Assembly (NCBI GenBank): GCA_963666285.1
Contig: OY762711.1
From: Sedimentisphaerales bacterium
GTDB lineage: Bacteria; Planctomycetota; Phycisphaerae; Sedimentisphaerales; SM23-30
Reading direction: 5' to 3' (one strand)
Length of the DNA stretch: 64,000 nucleotides
The notes under the pieces are model-generated. The model was not told where the DNA came from and did no database searches. It worked only from the letters and a program-made list of their open reading frames with translations. A program made the position numbers and the translations under genes. Positions 57,381-64,000 of this stretch are shown here, piece after piece (position 1 is the first letter of the stretch; every line of letters begins with the position of its first letter).

Positions 57381-57908
57381 ATGAACACAACTATAACTCT
57401 CATTCAAGGTGATATTACCACCCAGGATACCGACGCCATTGTCAATGCCGCTAACAGCTCTCTTGCCGGCGGCGGGGGAGTTGACGGTGCTATACATCGT
57501 GCCGGCGGGCCTATTATTCTTCAGCAATGTCAGGATTGGGTTTCCATCAATGGCAAACTGCCAACCGGCAATGCTATGATAACCACCGCGGGTAATATGC
57601 CGTCGAAATTTGTCATTCATACCGTCGGCCCCATCTGGCGCGGCGGCAGCAAAAACGAACCGCAGCTGCTGGCTAATGCCTGGCACAATTCTCTTTCGCT
57701 TGCCGCTGAAAAAGGGCTAAAAAATATCTCATTCCCATCGATCAGTACCGGCGTATACCGTTTCCCGATCGAACTTGCCGCCGAGATAGCAATTGATACC
57801 TGCCGGAAATTCATGCAAAACAACCGGCTCGATGAAATTCGAATCGTACTGTTCAGCCAGTCGGACCTTGCTATATACCAACAGGCTTACGACAGACTGG
57901 AAAACTGA
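57381..57908 (+). CDS. Macro-domain O-acetyl-ADP-ribose deacetylase (YmdB-like)
   Basis: GDIT..D.DAIVNAAN..L.GGGGVDGAIHRAGG, VIHTVGP.W, FPSISTGVY.FP. Confidence 0.93.
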   Translation: MNTTITLIQGDITTQDTDAIVNAANSSLAGGGGVDGAIHRAGGPIILQQCQDWVSINGKLPTGNAMITTAGNMPSKFVIHTVGPIWRGGSKNEPQLLANAWHNSLSLAAEKGLKNISFPSISTGVYRFPIELAAEIAIDTCRKFMQNNRLDEIRIVLFSQSDLAIYQQAYDRLEN

Positions 57909-57986
57909 CTATTGCGAAGCTTTAAATTAAGGTCGAGCAGCGACACCTTATTAGCTTCTAACCTCTAACCTCTAAATATTTTAATT

Positions 57987-58964
57987 ATGCTTAAAATCTT
58001 CGACGGCCACAACGATACTCTCAATCGCAAATACAACTCTCATCCGATAAAGGATTTTGACTTCCTATCGACAAACTCTGACGCTCATCTGGACCTGCCC
58101 AAAGCTCGCTCCGGCGGCATAAGCGGCGGCATGTGTGCCGTCTTTACCGAAGGCGATGCTCCCACCCAGGAGCAGGCAGAACAGAATGCTCAATTAGTTT
58201 CTGGTGACATTGTTGATATCGAATCACGCTCCGGCGGCAGTTTCAAACAGTGCCGCTCTGCAAGTGAAATACAAACTGCCATGGATAATGGTACCTTCGC
58301 CGCCACCCTCCATTTCGAGGGGGCCGAACCCATCAAACCCGACCTGTCAAACCTGGAATACTGGTACGGCAAAGGCCTGCGCAGTATAGGCATAACCTGG
58401 AGCAGGCCAAATGCCTTTGCTGACGGAGTAAGCTTTGGCTTTGGTACTCTGCCTGACCAGGGCAGCGGCTTGACCGCGGCCGGTAGAGAACTTGTTCGCC
58501 AATGCAACGAGCTCGGCATACTCATCGACATGGCCCACCTCTCTGCCGCAGGCGTTCGGCATGTCTTGGAGATTTCAACTCAACCCGTAGCTGTTACCCA
58601 TGGTAATGTCTGGCAGCTGTGCAACAGCCCACGGAACCTCACCGATGACCAGCTGAAGGCCATCGCCGCAAACGATGGTGTAATAGGCATAAACTTCCAT
58701 AAAGGCTTTCTTTCTCCTACCGGAGATTCTGACTCTGACATCGACATGCAGACTATCGTCAGCCATTTCCAGTATATCGCCAACCTCATCGGCATAAGAC
58801 ATCTTGCTATCGGCAGCGATTTTGACGGAGCTTTTATGCCTGATTGCCTTGCTGATGCCTCGAAAATGCCGAATCTTATCTCAGCACTGAATACCGCCGG
58901 TTTCTCCCACGAAGATATTGAGCTTATCGCCTGCAAAAACTGGCTCAGAATCTTTCCTGACTAG
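57987..58964 (+). CDS. Membrane dipeptidase (M19 family)
   Basis: DGHND, EGAE, GLT..G..LV..CN.LG..IDMAH, TH.N, RNLTD.QL, GSDFDG. Confidence 0.9.
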   Translation: MLKIFDGHNDTLNRKYNSHPIKDFDFLSTNSDAHLDLPKARSGGISGGMCAVFTEGDAPTQEQAEQNAQLVSGDIVDIESRSGGSFKQCRSASEIQTAMDNGTFAATLHFEGAEPIKPDLSNLEYWYGKGLRSIGITWSRPNAFADGVSFGFGTLPDQGSGLTAAGRELVRQCNELGILIDMAHLSAAGVRHVLEISTQPVAVTHGNVWQLCNSPRNLTDDQLKAIAANDGVIGINFHKGFLSPTGDSDSDIDMQTIVSHFQYIANLIGIRHLAIGSDFDGAFMPDCLADASKMPNLISALNTAGFSHEDIELIACKNWLRIFPD

Positions 58965-58986
58965 AAAAAATATATTTTAATTCCTA

Positions 58987-59034
58987 CGACCTTTGCGTAT
59001 AATAATTTCAGTCAAAAGTACCAGGCGTACTTTT
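58987..59034 (+). repeat. Dispersed repeat, partial copy (right module)
   Basis: CGACCTTTGCGTATAAT..CAGTCAAAAGTAC..GTACTTTT. Confidence 0.65.
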
Positions 59035-59215
59035 CAGATGTTTGATAATAATTATGGGATGTTTTGAGATGAAATCACATTTAGACAATAACTCGCTTTT
59101 AGCTGTTAATTATTTAACCGCAGCTTATATTGCTATTTGTCTTTCTCTCAGAAATCTGATAGTCTCTTTTATAGTACCAAAATTGAATATTATTTTACTT
59201 TCCGGCAAGTTAGAG

Positions 59216-59390
59216 TGCGGCTGACTTTGGTGTCCGTCGGTGCTCGTGGCGAGTACGTAATATTATTAGCATAATGTAGCTTGTTTCGGATCTATCTGAA
59301 TATTTACCGGCTGTAATGTGCTATTATATCATTCTATCAGCCGCAAATTTATAAGTATCGACGGATAAGACAATGTCTTATCCTTTTTTT
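59216..59390 (+). promoter_or_regulatory. Riboswitch/attenuator-like structured leader with intrinsic terminator
   Basis: P1 TGCGGCTGA / TCAGCCGCA; 12-bp TCCGTCGGTGCT / AGTATCGACGGA overlaps terminator GGATAAGAC-AAT-GTCTTATCC-T7. Confidence 0.7.
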
Positions 59391-59442
59391 ATGCCATAAT
59401 TTGGTTAACTGGGTTTCAAAATATAAAATTGTATAAAGGTGA

Positions 59443-60255
59443 ATGATTGTGAAAATAAATACAAATATTAAACTTGCTGATGTGCAGGATGTATATAATG
59501 GTCCGGAAGGCAGACTGTGGGAATTGCTTATGGGTGAACAGATTCATATTGGCGGTTTGGCCTCTTCGATGGATCTTGCCGAAAAGGCTGCTGTTACCGC
59601 CGGAACCAGGGGAGTGGATCTGTGCTGCTGTACCGGTGCCGGTATGCGGTTTCTGGTACGTTTCAAAAATGTCGCTGAAATGTGCGGCGTTGATGCTACC
59701 GAAACAGTTATAAACCTTGGCATTGAAAGAGCCAAAGCAGAAGGCTATTCCGACAGGATCAGTTTTGTAGCCAATGATGTATGCAATTGCGGCATAGACA
59801 GCAATTCCGTAGATTTTGTATGGGGTGAAGATGCCTGGTGTTATGTCGAGGACAAAACTAAACTTATCGCTGAAGCCGCCCGCATTGTCAAACCGGGCGG
59901 AATTATAGCTTTCACCGACTGGCTTGAAGGACCGGTTCTAATGTCGGATGATGAAGCTGCCCGGTTCCTGGCCTTTATGAAATTTCCCAATATCCAGACT
60001 TTAGACGGGTACAAGGCACTCTTGACAGAAAACGGCTGTGATATCCGTGAAGCATACGACACCGGCCGATATGTCCAATATATCGATCTTTATATTGATA
60101 TGGCCAATAAACAGCTTACATATGATGCTCTCAAAATCATTGGGTTTGATATGGATTTGCTAACTGCCATTGGTAATGAGATGGAATTTATGCGGCAGCT
60201 TGCCCGTGATGGCAAAATTATCCAGGGGCTGTTCGTCGCCCAGAAAAACTCCTGA
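59443..60255 (+). CDS. Class I SAM-dependent methyltransferase
   Basis: GEQIHIGG, motif I DLCCCTGAG, DFVW, RIVKPGG..AFTDW; resembles small-molecule N-/C-methyltransferases. Confidence 0.88.
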   Translation: MIVKINTNIKLADVQDVYNGPEGRLWELLMGEQIHIGGLASSMDLAEKAAVTAGTRGVDLCCCTGAGMRFLVRFKNVAEMCGVDATETVINLGIERAKAEGYSDRISFVANDVCNCGIDSNSVDFVWGEDAWCYVEDKTKLIAEAARIVKPGGIIAFTDWLEGPVLMSDDEAARFLAFMKFPNIQTLDGYKALLTENGCDIREAYDTGRYVQYIDLYIDMANKQLTYDALKIIGFDMDLLTAIGNEMEFMRQLARDGKIIQGLFVAQKNS

Positions 60256-60355
60256 CTTACTTGCCAATTGTTCGTGTAATTTTATTTCATAGATACATGC
60301 CTGGCGTCTGTATTTATATACTAAGTTAAAGTGCGAAACGCACTTGGAGGTATAA

Positions 60356-61588
60356 ATGAAAAAGTGTGGATGTAACCATAATGTGCAGGTCAATTCTTGT
60401 GACCCTTGCACTCCGCCTTTCGCTAGCGGTTGTACCGGCAGCAGCTTTAATCCCTGCAATTCGGAACTGATCGAATATCAGGCTGGTATGATTGACCGCT
60501 GCTATGAATACGCGGCACAAGCAAAGAAAAGCGGAAGGCCGATTATTGGCATAATGTGTGAATATACTCCGAGAGAAATTATTATGGCTGCCGGGGCGGT
60601 TCCTGTCTGCTTGTGCGGTGGATCGGCTGCAACCATACCAGCCGCCGAAGAATTTCTACCGGCAAATCTGTGCCCGCTTATAAAATCTACCTTTGGCTAT
60701 CACGTACAAAAAAGTAATCCGTTTCTGGAGATGGCTGATATGATCGTTGCCGAAACAACTTGCGACGGCAAAAAGAAAATGTATGAACTGCTTGCGGAAG
60801 AACGCAATATGTATGTCCTTGAGCTTACCCAGAAATCACTTGACCCCGATGCCTTTGACCATTGGGTTAAAGAGCTCCATAAATTGAAAGCCGAGCTGGA
60901 AAGACAGTTTGGCTGCCAGGTTACAGATGATAAAATCAGGCAGGCGGTCCGGCTGATGAATCGCGAACGGCAGCTGCGCAGAGCTATCGCCCGGTTTATG
61001 CAGGAGGACAATCCATGTCTGACCGGTAGAGAGCTTCTGGAATTCAAAAGTATTATTTCCGGCATCGATTCCGACCTGGACCAGTATCAAAATGCTATAG
61101 ATACTCTTTCCCAACAGCCAAAACCGGCCAGGCCTGACACTGTCCGGGCGATGATCACCGGTGTGCCCATGGCCCATGGTGCCGAGCGTGTTATTGAGCT
61201 TGTTGAAAAACATGGCGGGCTGGTGGTCTGCCAGGAAAACTGTACCGGGCTAAAGCCGATTCTGGACGATGTTGATGAAGATGCAGATGATATTTTATAT
61301 GCTATCGCGGATAACTATTTCAGATTGCCGTGTTCTGTTATGACTGGTAACCAGCGTCGACTTGATACCATTAAATCGCTCGTTGAGCAATATCGCCCGC
61401 AATGTGTTATTGATGTTATCTGGCAGGCCTGCCTTACCTACGATGTTGAATCTCAGCTTGTCAAAAAATATGTTGAGCAGCAGCTTGGCCTGCCGTATCT
61501 CAGGATCGAAACGGACTATAATACTTCTGATTCTGCTCGCATCGCACTTAGGGTTGAAGCTTTATTTGAAACCATTGTCAATAAATGA
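60356..61588 (+). CDS. Double-cubane-cluster anaerobic reductase (DCCP/YjiM-like; 2-hydroxyacyl-CoA dehydratase fold)
   Basis: G.MCEYTP.EI..AAGA.PVCLC, LPANLCPLIKS, ETTCDGKKKMYE, ENCTG.K, LPCS, QAC.TY.VE, IETDY; SD GGAGG. Confidence 0.85.
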   Translation: MKKCGCNHNVQVNSCDPCTPPFASGCTGSSFNPCNSELIEYQAGMIDRCYEYAAQAKKSGRPIIGIMCEYTPREIIMAAGAVPVCLCGGSAATIPAAEEFLPANLCPLIKSTFGYHVQKSNPFLEMADMIVAETTCDGKKKMYELLAEERNMYVLELTQKSLDPDAFDHWVKELHKLKAELERQFGCQVTDDKIRQAVRLMNRERQLRRAIARFMQEDNPCLTGRELLEFKSIISGIDSDLDQYQNAIDTLSQQPKPARPDTVRAMITGVPMAHGAERVIELVEKHGGLVVCQENCTGLKPILDDVDEDADDILYAIADNYFRLPCSVMTGNQRRLDTIKSLVEQYRPQCVIDVIWQACLTYDVESQLVKKYVEQQLGLPYLRIETDYNTSDSARIALRVEALFETIVNK

Positions 61589-62565
61589 AAAATATTGTTT
61601 ATACATCTCCTTTTATACCTGCCGAATGGATTACGGCACACGCTCTTCGCCCGGTCAAGATCCGGCCTGGCTCTGATGGCAATCGCCGCTTCGCCGCCGG
61701 GTTGCCCGGCACATGCCCTTATGCTCTGGGGTTTCTCCAAGATGCAATAGACTGTGCCGATACTGCTGCTGTTATCTTTACTACGGCCTGCGATCAGATG
61801 CGGCGCATTGTTGAACTGGCCGACAAACAGACCGATATCCCGACTTTTATGATGAATCTACCCGCCACCTGGCAAAACGCTTCCGCTTTTGGCTTATATC
61901 AGTCTGAACTGAAAAGGTTAGGGCGGTTTCTTTCTGAAATTTCCGGTCATAATCCTTTTCCATCGTCGCTTGCTGATATCATGTATAAGTTTGATGATGA
62001 CCGACGCCTGCTCAGACAGGCCGAAGCTTGCCTTACTGAATATCAATATTCACAGGCGATTGCCGATTTCTATCGAAATGGCAGCCTGCCGACTTTAGCT
62101 GCCGATATTAATATTCCCACTGGTCCGGCAATAGCCATTTTCGGCGGGTCTTTAATGCAGCAGGAGAAAATCCTGTTTGACCTGGTAGAAGATACCGGCG
62201 GGCATATTGCCCTGGATGCCACGTCTTCCGGGTTGCGTGCTATGCCTCGCAGGTTTAATCTGCGGCAGCTGAAACTCGACCCGTTTGCCGAACTTGCAGA
62301 TGCCTATTTCGGCAGCCTGACCGATGCCTTCCGGCGGCCTAATAGTGAGTTGTATAAATGGCTGAAAAATGAAATTGTAATTAGAGATATAAAAGGAATT
62401 ATTTTTCACCGTTATCTATGGTGCGATCTCTGGCATGCTGAGGCGAAGCGGCTAAAGGACTGGGCCGATATCCCCGTACTTGACCTGGATTGCAATGACA
62501 ATGACGGTACAAACTCCGAGAGGATCAAAACCCGCATCCAGGCGTTCGTGGAAATGCTTTTATGA
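61585..62565 (+). CDS. 2-hydroxyacyl-CoA dehydratase (HgdB/FldC/BcrB-like) family Fe-S protein
   Basis: P.EWI.A.., TCPY, TACDQMRR, ..RRPN, GIIF....WCD.W, RI.TRIQAF.EML; ATGA overlap with upstream gene. Confidence 0.82.
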   Translation: MKNIVYTSPFIPAEWITAHALRPVKIRPGSDGNRRFAAGLPGTCPYALGFLQDAIDCADTAAVIFTTACDQMRRIVELADKQTDIPTFMMNLPATWQNASAFGLYQSELKRLGRFLSEISGHNPFPSSLADIMYKFDDDRRLLRQAEACLTEYQYSQAIADFYRNGSLPTLAADINIPTGPAIAIFGGSLMQQEKILFDLVEDTGGHIALDATSSGLRAMPRRFNLRQLKLDPFAELADAYFGSLTDAFRRPNSELYKWLKNEIVIRDIKGIIFHRYLWCDLWHAEAKRLKDWADIPVLDLDCNDNDGTNSERIKTRIQAFVEMLL

Positions 62566-63938
62566 AACAACAACCGGAAAAAATAAATCTTGAACAGTGG
62601 GACCATCGCTATCGCTCCCTGCAGCAGGCCGGGCTAATTGAGCCTGACTTCGGCGGTATTCTTAGCCGCCATGTTATCGATGGTGACCTCAGGCTGCTCC
62701 GGCTCGAATATGATAACTCTGTTGCCGCCTTGAACCTCTGGAATTTCCTGCTAACAGAAGAAGATCGCCTCTTTGACTCCCGGAAAAACGGCAGAAAAAT
62801 TGTCGGTGCTATGAAAGATCTCGGTACTGTCCCGGTTATTGCCTATTGCTTCGACGAACTTATCTCTTTCTATCCTGACGGTGCCTGGTGGATTCCCTGT
62901 GTTATGGAGTTAAATGACGGAATGTTCGGCATCGCCGATTCGCTGGGCATTGATGAATCTTTTTGCCCGGTGCGGGCTATGCTGGGTGCGTTTCTTTCCG
63001 AAGCCCATTTCCCGATACCTGATTTGCTCATCTGCAGTACCGGCGCCGTCTGCGACGATTTCTCTGCTATCGCCCAGCGTCTTAACGGTTTGGGGTTCCC
63101 GATCTTCTGGTGGGAGATACCCCATCGGCGTCTCCCGGAAAAGGATGAACATGCAATAAATTTACCCGGCGGTTTTACCGCTCCTATTGACCAGCTGCAA
63201 TTTGTCCGTACCGAACTTGAACGGATCGTTGAAGCTATCGAGCAGCTTGCCGGTCAGTCTCTGAACAAAGATATGCTCCGTTCCGGCATACAGCGTGCTA
63301 ATAATATCCGCGATGTCCTCAACCGGCTCAGATACCTTACCTTTACTGCTGATATTTGCCCTATGCCTGCACTGGAAATGCTTATTGCCGAGATGATCGC
63401 TATCCATTACTGTTCGGATCAAAACCTTGCCATGGTTGTCTTGACTGACCTTCTCGAAGAAGTCCGGCACAGAGTGAGTGCCGGTGTTGGCGTTCTTCAG
63501 CCCGATGCCGCACGTATTTTCTGGATCAACCCTGTCGCTGATTTACAGGTTATGAACGTCCTTGAAGATTGTGGCGGCAGAATCTGCGGCACCGAGTATC
63601 TCTTCACTCATGCATTAGACCCTGTCCCTGTTGATATCGACCCGCTCGACGCTCTCGCTCAGATGGCATTGGCTGACCCTATGGTCGGCCCGGCATGGCA
63701 ACGGGCTGAACGCATTTGTAATGATATAAAATTGTTCGGCAGCGAAGCTGTCATTATTTCCAGGATACCCGGTGCCAGTCATTGTGCCGTAGAAGGCCGC
63801 GTGATCGCCACTATCATTCGTGAAAAAATTGATATACCTGTAATTGAAATCGAAGTTCCACCTGTTTCCCAGTCAATTCAACCGGCACTACGCACCCGGA
63901 TTGAGGCTCTGGTTGAAACTGTCAAAAATCGGAGATAA
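62562..63938 (+). CDS. 2-hydroxyacyl-CoA dehydratase family Fe-S protein (divergent)
   Basis: FCPVRA, VCDDF, ..SHC..E, P.IEIE, TRIEAL.E; ATGA overlap. Confidence 0.78.
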   Translation: MKQQPEKINLEQWDHRYRSLQQAGLIEPDFGGILSRHVIDGDLRLLRLEYDNSVAALNLWNFLLTEEDRLFDSRKNGRKIVGAMKDLGTVPVIAYCFDELISFYPDGAWWIPCVMELNDGMFGIADSLGIDESFCPVRAMLGAFLSEAHFPIPDLLICSTGAVCDDFSAIAQRLNGLGFPIFWWEIPHRRLPEKDEHAINLPGGFTAPIDQLQFVRTELERIVEAIEQLAGQSLNKDMLRSGIQRANNIRDVLNRLRYLTFTADICPMPALEMLIAEMIAIHYCSDQNLAMVVLTDLLEEVRHRVSAGVGVLQPDAARIFWINPVADLQVMNVLEDCGGRICGTEYLFTHALDPVPVDIDPLDALAQMALADPMVGPAWQRAERICNDIKLFGSEAVIISRIPGASHCAVEGRVIATIIREKIDIPVIEIEVPPVSQSIQPALRTRIEALVETVKNRR

Positions 63939-63940
63939 AT

Positions 63941-64000
63941 ATGTTAACTGTTGGTATTGATGCTGGTTCGAGAACCATTAAAATTGTAATATTCGACGCT
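63941..64000 (+). CDS. Acyl-CoA dehydratase activase / BadF-BcrA-type ASKHA ATPase, N-terminal fragment (truncated by window)
   Basis: MLTVGIDAGSRTIKIVIFDA matches the GID.GS...K phosphate-1 motif; SD GGAG. Confidence 0.8.
   Translation, partial: MLTVGIDAGSRTIKIVIFDA

Noticed and set aside
59270..59283. SAM-II riboswitch, prompted by AATGTAGCT
   Set aside because: No short H-type pseudoknot or AAAAA/SD 3' tail; the segment pairs within a longer stem

Overview
Chromosomal window of an anaerobic bacterium. Dockerin-like/LTD/CotH proteins, many glycoside hydrolases and the ribH-nusB-ftsY order suggest Planctomycetota, Phycisphaerae/Sedimentisphaerales-like (inference only). Housekeeping genes (tcdA, rpsA, ribH, nusB, ftsY, ppnP, pgk, trkA, trkH) are mixed with glycoside hydrolases (GH2, GH31, GH92, GH127-like), large secreted proteins, scattered motility genes (divergent flagellin, flgM, an MCP paired with a binding protein), an apparently intact IS3-family element with a -1 frameshift site, a probable 6S RNA and a rubredoxin missing from the ORF track. 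The strongest novelty candidate is at the right end. A structured leader with mutually exclusive antiterminator and terminator helices (59216-59390), which I cannot assign to a known riboswitch class, precedes an operon for a SAM methyltransferase, a double-cubane-cluster (DCCP/YjiM-like) reductase with a Cys-rich N-terminus, two further 2-hydroxyacyl-CoA-dehydratase-fold Fe-S proteins and an ATP-dependent activase cut off by the window edge. Other signals: an attenuator-like leader before the flagellin, six same-strand copies of a dispersed structured repeat, a ~10.5-bp phased CCG array, an FKBP_N-cyclophilin fusion, and NrdR/DnaA-box-like motifs upstream of flgM. No CRISPR array, tRNA or rRNA seen. 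All family calls come from motif recognition by eye; no searches were run.
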